Source: Marsupella aquatica
Taxonomy: Eukaryota > Plantae > Marchantiophyta
Length of the DNA stretch: 64,000 bases
Direction: 5' to 3'
Assembly (NCBI GenBank): GCA_973895155.1
Contig: OZ316894.1
Location: 13,449,580 to 13,513,579 of the forward strand
Shown here: in pieces, positions 33,955-45,670 of the stretch
How the letters are laid out: every line of letters starts with the position of its first letter
Position numbering within the stretch: position 1 is the stretch's first letter
The notes under the pieces: model-generated
The model's input: the letters and a program-made list of their open reading frames with translations, nothing else
Told to the model about the DNA's origin: nothing
Database searches by the model: none
Translations under genes and position numbers: made by a program

Positions 33955-36900
33955 GTGGGGAGCTGCACTCGAGACAGTGGATTTTCCTCAGGCGTTGTGG
34001 CAGAGCCGGCAGGATCCACAACGCCGTCTATCATCGGCAATAAATTAAAAACCAAAGAATCGGCATACAAGCCGATTACGAGGGCAGAACAAATTGAGGC
34101 CCTATTAGAAGCCGGAAGAGCACAGCGGCCTGACCCTCGGGAGGCAGGATTGGATGAGATGCACAGAAACAAGCCAGAGCCGATGCCGGAAGGGAAGCCA
34201 ACCACCAATTCAAAACCGAATAGTCCAGCAAGGAGACAATCTATGGATAACAAGGGAGAAACCGACTCGGCTAGTACAACCAAGATTCCAGTTTATGGAG
34301 GTATGAGACTGGAGAGGCTAGAGGCCGAATTGGACCCAAACTTGAAGAAGCAGATTAATATGATCCAAGCACGGTAATACCGAAAGCTCAACTTAGGAGA
34401 AGGAAGGGAACTGAACTTAGGACGGGACCTAGCACCTCAGCTTGAGAAAGAAATTAGTGAATTATTGATTGAATTTTAGGATGTGTTTGCATGGAGTCAC
34501 CAAGACCTGAAGGGAGTAGACCCAAAATTAGGAGAACATCGAATTGATCTCATGTTAGGGGCCAAATCATTTCAACAACCAATTCGAAGGATGAACCCTA
34601 AGTATTCCCTGATGGTCAAAACTGAAATTGACAAAATAGTGGAAGCCGGATTCATCACTCCAGTCCTGCATTCAGACTGGGTGTCTCCAATTGTGATAGT
34701 TCCCAAGAAAGCTGGACCCAATGGTAAACCCAAGATCCGGGTTTGTCAGGAGTACAGGAAGTTGAATGAGGCTACGTTAAAGGACCATTTCCTTACCCTT
34801 TACTGATATGGTACTAGACATGGTAGCCAGTCATGAACTATACTCATTCATGGATGGGTACTCTGGTTATACCAAATCAGGATTAGGCAGGAGGACCAAA
34901 TCAAGACGACCTTCATCACGGAATGGGGGATCTATGTCTTCAATCGTATGTCGTTTGGACTCTGTAACTCACCAGCTATGTTCCAACGATTAATGGTGAA
35001 CATTTTCCATGACTACTTAAGAAAGTTCATGGAAATCTTCATTGATGACTTTGCAATATTCGGGAAAGCATCAAAACATGCTAAATACCTAAGAAAGACC
35101 TTCATGAGATGCAGAGAGGTAGGTCTCAAGTTACACCCAGATAAATGTTTCTTTGGAGTAATAGAGGGTGTGCTGCTAGGGCACAAAGTATCAAAGAAGG
35201 GCATTGAGATTGACAAGGGTAAGCTAGCAGTATGGCTTGATATCATGCAACCTAAGAACATAAAGGATGTAAGATCCTTCTTGGGGTGCATTGGGTATTA
35301 TCGCCAGTTCATCAAGGATTTTGCCAAGCTAGCTTTAACATAACCAACATGCTCAAGGCAGGCGCAGACTTTGAACCCACACCAGAAAGAGTAACAGCTG
35401 TGGTGGAATTAAAGCAAAAGTTAGTGGAGGCCCCAGTCATGATAGCACCAGACTGGAACAAGGATTTTCCTGTCTTCATAGATGTCTCAGGCTTCTGTAT
35501 CGGCTCAGTACTAAGTCAGTTGGATGAGAAAGGAAGGGACCATCCCATATACTTTGCAAGCCGCCAGCTTGCCGATGCCAAACAAAACTACTCGACCACA
35601 GAAAGAGAAGCATTAGGAGTCATTTATTCCTGTAAAAAGTTTAGGCATTATTTGCTAGGGTACAAAGTAATCTTTCATACTGATCATGAAAGTTTGAAGT
35701 ACCTAGTAAATAAGCCAGACCTTACAGGCAGGGTAGCAAGATGGATTTTGCTATTATAGGAATTTGACTACGAGCTAAAAATCAAGCCAGGAAAGCTACA
35801 TGCCAATACTGACTTCTTTTCAAGGATCACAGGTGAACCTGCCACAGATTGCATTGATGACCGATTCCCCGACGAGGAGCTATTCGTTGTGGAAATAGCT
35901 AATACATGGTACCCTGAGATTTTGCAATTTCTCAGCACGTCCAGATTACAGCCAGGGCTAACCCAAGAACAAGCCGCAGTCTTTCTGCGGAAGGTCAGAC
36001 AGTATCAGTACATTAAGGGTGTGCTACACAGGTATGGAATCAGCGACATGATTCAAATGTGTTTGGAGAAGGGAGAGGTAAAACGAGTCTTACGGGCTAT
36101 GCATGGGGAGGAGGCCGGAGGACATTTTGCTCCAGTAACCACGTCTAAAAAGATATTAAATGCCGGTTATTGGTGGCCCACCTTGCACAAAGATGTCTAT
36201 CAATTTATCAAACAATGCGATCCTTGTCAGCAAGCGGGAGGACCAAGGGCGTCCACAAGACATCCTCTGCACCCTATTCTACCTCTGGCACCATTCGAGA
36301 AGTGGGGTATTGATTTCATGGGACCTCTGAAACCATTGACCCATCCTCGGAGAAACAAGTACATAATCCTGGCCACGGATTAGCAACTAAGTGGGTAGAG
36401 GCCAGGCCAACGACAAAGGATGATGCGATTACTACAGCTCGATTCATGCATGAGCAGATCTTCACCAGGTATTGCGCACCCCTAGAATTAGTTAGTGATA
36501 GAGGAACCCATTTTTTGAATGATATAATTAGTCGTTTAAATGAGCAGTATTTAGTTAGACATAGGCCTACTACTCCTTACCACCCAAAGGCAAATGGGTT
36601 GACAGAACGAGCCAATGGAATTATAGGAATAGCCTATAAATCCACTACCGGTCATACACCCTTTTTCTTAACATTTGGGCAGGAGGCTCTGGTACCCATG
36701 CAACTTGAGATACCTACATTTCAAGTTACAATTGAGGAAAGAGTCTCAAAGAAGGGAAGCCTAAAGGAGCGAGAATATAGATTAGAAGCCTTAGAAGAGG
36801 CAAGAATGATTTCAGCTGAGAGAGTAGAATATAGACAGAATACCATGAAGCAACAGTATGATAAAAAGTTGAAACCAGTTAGTATTCACACAGGAGATCT

Positions 36901-37138
36901 TGTATTACTTTATGACAGTAGGTATAGCAGGTTTCCAGGTAAACTTTACACTTGCTGGTTAGGACCCTTCAGGGTAACCATGAAGTTCTCCAATGGCTCC
37001 GTGCAATTGGCCAACATTACTGGAGAGGTCTACCCCGTTCGCATTCATTACGACCGCCTCAAGAAATACTATATGGACGAAGATGAAGTTGTTCGCGAGG
37101 ACACTTCACAATTAAGTGGGGAGCTATGTGATGCCTAG
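33955..37138 (+). pseudogene. pol: pol of element B (RT-RH-INT), multiple stops and frameshifts
   Basis: Fragments nearly identical to element A pol, ending SQLSGELCDA inside the LTR. Confidence 0.92.
33979..34038 (+). promoter_or_regulatory. -1 frameshift signal of element B
   Basis: GGATTTT, 5 nt, GGCGTTGTGG...CCACAACGCC stem, loop GCCGG pairing with TCGGC (G-U in place of A-U). Confidence 0.75.
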
Positions 37139-38912
37139 CTAGGAATCTATGATGCCTAACCAGGAATCACTAGGCCGGTTAAGTGGGAAAATGGAAGTGT
37201 ACCCTAGAAACACCTTAGTATAGTTACAAGAATGAGGAAAATATAAACAATTAAGGGTGACTATGGAACCTGGGCCGAGGCCGGAAGTAAGGACGCCGGG
37301 GGAGAGAATACGATTAGGGTTAGGGCGCACTAAGTGTCGGCGGCTAGGGGTAACCAATGGTAGGGAAGACCAGAGGAGGAGAGGGGTAAGGACAGCTCGC
37401 GAGGAATGGTGGCTCATTTGCAAGCACGGACTGGGCAGACGACTACGGGAGGCCAACTACTGTCAGCTGCTTAGACAAGCACTCTAGGCAGGAGCAGATA
37501 CCAATGAACGACTCAAGGAGGGTATGAGCAACGTCAATCAAGCAGCACATTTTTGGGGATGCCTGTTCAAACGGGCAACTGAGTACATTGGGACTTACGA
37601 GGACAAAGAATCGGAGAGAGTAGCTCGAGAATGGCAGGAGCTCGCTCGACTGTGGGAGCTATAAAAATCTGCCTTCTTAGGAGGAGAATCCATCAAGGCC
37701 GAGTTCTTGTGGACTCCTACTGCCAATCAGCTTGACAACCTTTTGTTTTGCAAAAACAGGATCGTCGGCATTCGGGAAGCCATCAACCGCTGCAACGACA
37801 TACACTAGGAGTTGAAGGGTAGCACGGAGGGGTGGACAAAGGCAACCGTGCTAGGAGAAACATCCACGACAGCCGAGATGAAGAGGAAAGGAAACAACAA
37901 CGAAGAGGCCACCCCGGCAAAAAGAACGAGGTCGGCGGCACCAAGGAAGCCAGCAGAGCAGGGAAGCAGGAGGCAGGCGGAAGCCGAAGAGGAGGAGGTC
38001 GATCCCATCAATGCCATTCCAACAAAGGATGACATCTGGAAAGGCTGGGCGGCGACCCTACCAGAAGAAGTGCAACTGCATTTTTCACGGGAGGAGGATG
38101 CATGCTTTACGGCCATGCAGACCAAGAAGTACCAGGGCTTCATGGCCAGATCCAGCTTGGAAGCCTTCGTAAAATTACCATGGCTGAAGCTGGAGGTGCC
38201 GGATTCAGACTTATTAGAATTCGTGGGACCATGGGAGCCCGAGACCAATTCCACAAGGGTGTATGGGAAGGATTTCTATCTCACTCCCCGGGTGATTGCC
38301 GAAGTGTTTGGCTTGCCAATGGGCAATAAGACCAAAGTAGATACCAGGAAGACCTTGCCAGACAAGGAGTTCCGGTTGTTTCCAGGGCCATCAACAAAGA
38401 ATGGCTTCTTCTGAAACACCTACACCAACCCACACATAGGAGAAATGATCAATTTCTTGCGGGTGACCATGCATTGTAACTTGCCAAGGGCAGAGATCGG
38501 CAAGGCACAGGTTTACCTGGCGGAGAGGCCAGACCCAAGCCGAGACTACAACGGGTACCTCCTCACCCAACTAAAGAAGATCTTGAAGAAGGAACAACTG
38601 GTGATCGGCATGGGAAGCGTGTCCCGGCTCGGCTATCACATGCCGCTGTTGTGCCGGTATGCCAGAAGTCAGATCTTTGCCCCAGTACTTCCCCTACAGG
38701 CGAGCCCAACCAGCCCGCCAGTCCTACGATCGAGCAGATGTTTCGACCAAGAAAAGAAGACTTGCCGATGCAGCAATCAGGCATGCAGAACGTGCTGAAA
38801 TTGCTGGAAAAGGAGAAGAGAATGGCACCGGCAACAGCACCGGTACAGGACACTGCCCTAGAGGTCGGCCTAAGCCAACTCAGGAGGGAAAACCCCTTTA
38901 CCGGAGCCAAGG

Positions 38913-41672
38913 TGTGACGCCGATGACATGGTCCTTATTCTATAATCTGAGTAACTAGGTTGCTATATGCAAGGAGTAGCTATTGATACCACATAACAAT
39001 TAGCAAGCTGGCAAGAATAAGGGCAATCATGGCGTTAAGAGTAGGGATAAAGGTATTTCAGCTTGAAGACTGCACAACCAAGGCAGACACAGTTGAGGTA
39101 GTCACTGTCAAGGCCACAAAGGAGGAAGCTGGGGAAGAGAGGAGGAAGCGAGTCTCCATAACTGAATATGAAGCTGTGTGGTATGGTGATTGTTCTCATG
39201 ATAAAATCTGAATGTCTTGGGTGTGTAGCTTCATGTTGTTAGTTAGGTTAGTGGTTCATAGTCTAGTCTTAGAATGTTAGGGAAATAAAAAGCTATGTCG
39301 CGGGTGGTCGGCGACCATATCTCTTTCAATATGTCACCAAATCCGGATCTGTAAAGAGCATTGGAAAGATCTGGTCAAGGCGAGTAAAATTGATATAAAA
39401 CACTCTCAAAATGGAGGTGTATTAGGAAAGATATGATCTTATTAGTGTGATGGGTTAGTGTGTAACCCGAGACAGCGGATACGGATAGAGGTTAGCGGAC
39501 ACGGATAGCGGATACGGATAGAGGTTAGCGGACACGGATAGCGGATAGTGGCTAGTGGCTAGCGGATTTAGATTGGGGTTAGACTGAACCCGGGACAACG
39601 GATAGCGGACAACGGACATGGACAACGGACATGGACAACGGATAGCGGACAACGGACACGAACAACGGATAGTGGACAACGGACACGGACAGCAGACATA
39701 GATAGCGGACACGGATAACGGATAACGGACACGGACAACAGACACGGATAGCGGACACGGACAACGGACACGGACAGCGGACACGGATAGCGGACATAGA
39801 CAATGGACATAGATAGTGGACAACGGACACGGATAGCGGCTTAGCCCGAGGCCACGGGTTAACTCTTCTCAGGTTAGATAGGATAGCTAGGCTAGCCAAA
39901 CTCGGGTTAGCTATGTAACTCGGGTTAGCGCAGGAATGAGTACCCCCTCTCGGTTGCGGGGGCATAACTCTCTGTGTATTTGACCAAATCGGCTATAATT
40001 GACCTCGTTGGAAAGAGGAGCTCAAGCCGCTTCCAACGCTGCTATCCACGCAGCAAATGGTTGAATAGAGAAATCGGGAGAGGAGGCGCAAGCTCGCAAA
40101 AACCATGGAGGAGGGCCAAATCCGAAGTACATAGCCAATTCGAGATAGAAATAAAGTTGCGAGTTAGGGTTCAGTAGTTAGAGATAGTGGCGGCTCTATT
40201 AGGGCTGGGATGGGGCTCCAGCAGCGTAGTATCCACCCATTTGGGCTCAGTATGAGAGTATATAGAGCAGCCCCCTGGTAGAGGCAGGGGGGACTTCAGT
40301 TGTGTGATCTCGCTTAGACTGAGCAGCAGGGAGGAGCTCTGTGCAAGCAAGGCTAGACTTGGATGCTGCGTGTTGGGGAGAGCTTGGTTGTGCTATTACT
40401 CAGGGAGTAATCAGCCAAGCTTCACAACTGCAACGGGTTGCTAGGTTTGCGAGCTGGATTGTGGCTCTTTCTAGTGGGCAGCACAACTGGGTTCTTTTCC
40501 CCCGATATAGAGCCTTGGTGATAGGTGATGTATTGGTGATTGTAAACTGTGGGGAGGATGTCAATTTGATTTGTGGTGAGCACATAGGGAGGTTGAGATA
40601 CTGATTGAGGGGCAGCAGGAGGAGCATTTACAGTTCAGTCTGGCAAGGCTACGTGATCCATGGGGAGTCCCGGCCTTTGTCTGGTAGAGAGCACTAAGGG
40701 ATTTATGGCCAGAGCAAAGCTTGCAGGGCAAGCGTGAGGCCGGGCCTCATTGCAGTCTGGGATAGATCGTCGTTAGGCCTGGTACCAGCTTTGAAGTCGA
40801 GTCAACTATGCATGCGTAACTTGACGTTCTGAATTGGAAGTGTGAGATCTGTATGTGCCCCCAAGAATGAAGTGTAGTGAAGGAGGTTGAGTTCAGGATT
40901 GAGTTTGCAAGGCAAGTACGGGATTGGTTCGAGTCCGATCTGCCGTTGCAATCTGGAGTGAGCCGGGCTCAGGTTCAGGATTGAGCTTGCATGGCAAGCA
41001 CGGGGCTTGCGGGGCAAGCACTTCGCAATCTGGAGGAGACAGCCTTTGGGCCTAGTGTTCGGATCAAGTGTTCTCAATGAACTATTGTGCATATCTTTGA
41101 ATCTAATTGAGTTTTCCTCTTCGGCCTCATTTCTCTCATGGATGTGTGTGTGTATGAGGCAATCTGAGTGTATGATGGGACTAGCAGCGCCACTGAGAGG
41201 TGTACAGGGTGCATTGAAGCGGGCTGGGTGAGGACTGTGATAGCTCTGATTGCTGAGAGTGGAATGGCAGAGTGGTGGGGCAATGGCTTAGAAGTCCCTA
41301 AGCCGGGAATCAGTCAAGAGTCACTGGTTTATGGGTACATTCCGACGGCGGAATAGAAACATACCTATGACAGTAAGCATACGTATAGACCTATGCGCAC
41401 CGTAGTGCTAGGCCCTGTGTGTACGGGCCCGATATGAAGACCCCTTCTCACCAGAACTATCATGAGCGCAGATCTGATCCCCAACCTTGGTTCCTTGGGA
41501 TTGAGCTTGGGTGATGTGTGATAGAGTCTTGCTATGATAGTCTGGTGTTAAGGGCATAAATTGGTGTTTCCCGGCCTTCACAACATCCCTTCATGATCCT
41601 CAGGTATAAGGAGATGGTTTTGGCACCCATAGTGATGTTTTTGGTGTTAAGACCCATGTCAATCGCGTGACA
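38913..41672 (+). mobile_element. Family-3 solo LTR (2760 bp, no convincing ORF; orientation tentative)
   Basis: TGTGACG...CGTGACA; TSD CAAGG at 38908-38912 and 41673-41677; second copy inverted at 51732-54200. Confidence 0.88.
39470..39840. repeat. Minisatellite of cggaca/cggata(g) units inside the family-3 LTR
   Basis: Directly visible degenerate 6-8-bp units. Confidence 0.85.
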
Positions 41673-44596
41673 CAAGGTGAGAAGGAAGCCAGAACACGAG
41701 CCGGGAGTTTGAATGTATGTGGGAGCCTCCAGCCCCAAATCGGAGGCAGAGCAGCCTAAGGCTCCTGCCCATGGAAAGCAGAGGGAGAAGACAACCTGGA
41801 AGCCAGAGGAGGAACCAGGGCCCGTGATCTGTGAGGCCATTTTTATGACGAGACTAGGAGAACAGAGGGGGAAGCCGGGAGTCCAAGCAGTGGAGGAGGC
41901 GGTGGAGGACTACAGCAATGATAACTCCGGCTATGGGTCGGATCATCATGTACCAGGAGTAAGAACCTGTGGCCGCTTTATCCCCACGCTTCCAAGAGTA
42001 GTTCGAGGGGATCCCACCCAACAGAGCAGCCCCGAGTCCCCCCCACCAGATGTCGCTCCCCCGAGCTTTGACGGCATAAAGCAGACGGCACAAGAGTTTC
42101 AGGAGCGACTCAAAGACGAAGAGAAGGCAGCCCTGGCTAGGGAGAAAGATTTACCACGAGGAGATTGGCCGGAGGACATCGGGCGGCTTGCCGAAAAAAG
42201 AAGCAACCCTCTTGCCACCATAGAAGAAATCCGCAAGGCGGCTTGGGAACAGAGGCCGAGGTGGTTGATGCCGATGACTTCTACTTACTCCACCTATGCT
42301 AAAGATAGAGCCATGGAGTACGGGGAGATGTGTTGGGAACTTGCGCTCAGCATCTTTGGGGAGGAGTTGGAGCAGGGACCCTTTTTCCAGAGGGAGATAT
42401 TGGAGAAGCACCAATTAGAAGAAGCGGTGGCTTTGGAGAGAAGCAAGAAGGACGAGGTCATCCGGCGGCTTAGGGAGATGGAAGCCGAGGTGGAAGACCT
42501 AAAGGCGGCCAAGAAAGCCCAAGATGAGCTACGGATTAAACGGCATGAGCTAAACATCATGCAGGGGCAGTTGGATACTGCGTAGTCTGATAATCAGATT
42601 ATCAAGGATAAACTGACTCAGACCCAAGGAGAGTTGGCTGAGGCAGTCAAAGATAGGGAGAAGTGGAAGCGAGAGCTGAGAGACGCAGAGGAGGCCCACA
42701 TAGCAGCCAACAACCGGGCCATGACGGAGACTCAGAGAAGGGAGAGGGCGTTGAAGGGGGAACTCGAGGATATCCACGGAGCCCTAGAGCAGAAGGAGGC
42801 CGAGTTAGGGAAATCCTATCAGGCGATTATCGTGCTGCGGCAGGAGCTTGCATCCATGACGGCCAGCTTCAAGGCCGACCTCCGCGAGAAAGACGACCAG
42901 CTCGACCAGACTTATGCCAAGATGAATAAAATGGAGTCTGAGGTCATTATGGAGCTCGACAAGGAGCTGAGAGCAACCCAGGAGGAGAGGGCTACCTTAA
43001 AGAAAGAGTTGGAGGAAGCCCAAAAAGAGTTGGAAGAAGCCCAGAAGGAGCTGAAGGAGGTAAGGAAGGACCTGGATGAATTGCAGGAGGAGTTGGAGGA
43101 AAGCAGGCGGAAGATGGAGAACTTATAGCGGCGGGCCGACAACCAAACAGAGCGGTTGAAGAAATAGGCCGCAGTATTTAAGTGCTTAGCTTCATCTGTT
43201 CCAACTCCAATTGTGGGAACCCCGTTACCAGGAGTGGTACTGGCAGAAGGACAAGCTGAGACACACGCCCAGGTGCCGGAGTTAAGTGGCAAAGGGAAGG
43301 GACCAGCTGCCGAAACAGGGAAGAAGAAGAAGCGGAAACCTTCTGGGTCTGGGAGTTATACGGCTCCTCCAGCCGTTGTGACCAAGGAGGTAAACCTGGC
43401 ACCAACCTCCGGCATGGTCACGACAATGGATCCACCTATCAAGGAAGGTGGGGATGGCAAGGACGAGGCCGGGACAACTATTGATGAAGCCGTGGTAGCA
43501 AACCCACCATTAGTGCCAGCCGAGGAAACCATAGCCGGGGAGGCCATGGCCGATACTGATGCCGAAGCCGAGGGTGGACCCAGTGAGGCCGATGAAGAGT
43601 TAACTCGGTCCGGGGCAGGTAATTTGTCAGAGGAAGGACCAACGGCACTGGTTGTGGGGGAAGCGTTGGGGGCGTCCATTGAGGATCCACCACCGGTGTC
43701 GTGACGGTGCAAGGGCGCCGTTCCTTTTAGGAAGGGCGGACGTGGAGGTAGGAGGCGTGAGTGGGCAGGGCGGGCTCGGATCTCCAAGTTTAGGCTGAGG
43801 ATCAGGACCAGGAGACGGCCCTGACACTTAGATTAGTGGGATTGCGGATCCACTGGTAGGAGCAACACTTGTGCTCCTGCCTCGCTGTACTTAGGTAGAT
43901 TACAGTTAGGTAGATTACAGGTAGGATAGATTAAGCTTACACTGCTAAGAATTGGCGGATCCACTTCCAGGATAAGTACCTGGGCAGCGAGGAGTCCATG
44001 ACCTCTTTCTTAGCAAGTTTTTAGTTGCACCAGCAGGGCTGGGATCAAGTAGTAAGAGAAGCTCTCGGTTAGTTATACAGTGACCCTTGTGTATATTCAT
44101 GTTTCCTCATGCCTAAGCTGAATAGAGTTGGCCTCACGACTTAGTTTGTAGAACTTGTGTATGAGATGTACCGTTTGTATGGCAAGTGCATGGTATAACT
44201 CAGTCAGAAGGAGTCATTTTGCTATTCGTGTGTCGCATTAACTTGTGTGAAGAGTGCCCACATCAACTAATAGATGAAGGGAAGTAAGCAAGGGAGTGAG
44301 AGTTGGATGTGTCGAGCTGAGAGGTCTTAGCGGCTTAACCAAGCCAATTGGGGATCATTCCGGCGGCGGAATCCAAATATACCTAAAGAAAAGGAGGGGA
44401 ATACAAGGGAAGGCCTAGATGAAGGATCTGCCCAGTATATGCGTGTAAAATGTTAATAGTAGTAGTAGAAGGAAGTTAGTAGCGTCCCATGCCGCTAAAG
44501 CTGCGGAATTGGTCTCGCCAAGAGCGAAACCTGCGGGAATCGGCTTGTGAGAGGGGTTTCTTGGGTTTGGGGAGCCATGGGACGCACCACAGAATC

Positions 44597-45551
44597 ACTA
44601 GGCCAGTTTAAATGATAAAATAAGGAGTAAACCCTGGAAACACATTAGTGTAGTAGCAAAAATATGGAAAATATAAATAATTAAGGGTGGCTATGGAACC
44701 CAAGCCGAGGCCAGAAGTAAAAACATCGGGGGAGGGAACACGATTAGGGTTAGGGCGCGCTAAGTGCCGGTGGCTATAGGTAACTAACAGGAAGGAAGAC
44801 CAATTAGGGAGGGGTAAGGATCGATCGCAAGGAATGGCAGCTCATTTGCAAGCACAAACTAAGCAGACGACTACGGGAGGCCAACTACTGTCCGCTGCTC
44901 AGGCAAGCACTCGGGGTGGAAGCAAATACCGACAATCAACTCAAGAAGGGTATGAGCAACGTCAACCAAGCTGCTCATTTTTGGGGATGCCTGTTAGAAC
45001 GGGCAACTGAGTACATTGGGACCTACAAGGACGAAGAATCGGAGAGAGCCGCTCAAGAACGGCAGGAGCTCGCTCGACTGTGGGAGCTGCAGAAGTCTGC
45101 CTTCTTAGGAGGAGAACTCATTACGGCTGAATTCTTGTGGACGCCTACTGCCGACGAACTTGACGATCTTCTGTTTTGTGAGAACAGAATAGTCGGCATC
45201 CGGGAGGCCATCAACGGCTGCAACGACATACACTAGGAGTTGAAGGGTAGCACGGAGGGGTGGACGAAGGCAACCGTGCTAGGAGAAACATCCACGGCAT
45301 CCGCTATGAAGAGGAAAGGGAACATCAATGAAGAGACCACCCCTGCAAAGAGAACAAGGTCGGCGGCACCAAGGAAGCCAGCCAAGCAAGGGAGCAAGAG
45401 GTAGGAAGAAGCCGAAGAAGAGGAGGTCGACCCCATCAATGTCGTTCCAACAAGGGATGACACCTGAAAAGGCTGGGCGGCGATCCTCCCCAAGGAAGTG
45501 CAATTACACTTTGCACGGGAAGAGGATGCATGTTTTACGGCTATGCAGACT
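44597..45551 (+). repeat. Remaining part of the element B 3' LTR (truncated)
   Basis: Matches 17495 to ~18449, then ends abruptly at an AT-rich tandem repeat. Confidence 0.88.
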
Positions 45552-45670
45552 ATTTGTTCACCTTGCATGCGCATAAAACAACTAAGGCATGCAAATAAAA
45601 CAATTTGTGCATCCACCTTGTGGCTTGCACATTTGTTCACCTTGCATGCGCATGAAACAACTAAGGCATG

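Larger units (their letters stand above)
27231..34048 (+). pseudogene. gag: gag-protease of element B, interrupted by a solo LTR in the second zinc knuckle
   Basis: MGEPEARP... fragments nearly identical to element A gag; GHFARE|C split at 28417/32440. Confidence 0.9.
37148..44591 (+). mobile_element. Family-1 solo LTR inserted 21 bp into the 3' LTR of element B; contains a degenerate LTR ORF (37524-43704)
   Basis: TSD GAATC at 37143-37147 and 44592-44596; starts TATGATGCC (mutated TG) and ends GCACCACA; host LTR resumes at 44597. Confidence 0.88.
17474..45551 (+). mobile_element. Older degenerate family-1 element B with four nested solo LTRs; 3' LTR truncated
   Basis: 5' LTR 17474-22201, PBS, gag-pol homologous to element A with many stops, PPT 37114-37126, 3' LTR 37127-37147 plus 44597-45551 sharing diagnostic variants with the 5' LTR (ccagtttaaatgataaaa). 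Confidence 0.9.

Noticed and set aside
37127-37170. Apparent 21-bp tandem duplication at the LTR start
   Set aside because: Explained by a same-family solo LTR inserted at GAATC; the host LTR resumes at 44597
39455-39965. Cys/Pro/Val-rich ORFs and a CRISPR-like appearance of the repeats
   Set aside because: Translations of a minisatellite; no unique spacers and a eukaryotic context
40341-41356. Short ORFs recurring in both family-3 LTRs (e.g. MQARLDLD..., MHNSSLRT...)
   Set aside because: Occur on both strands, mostly with non-ATG starts, and are broken by different indels; recurrence reflects DNA similarity only
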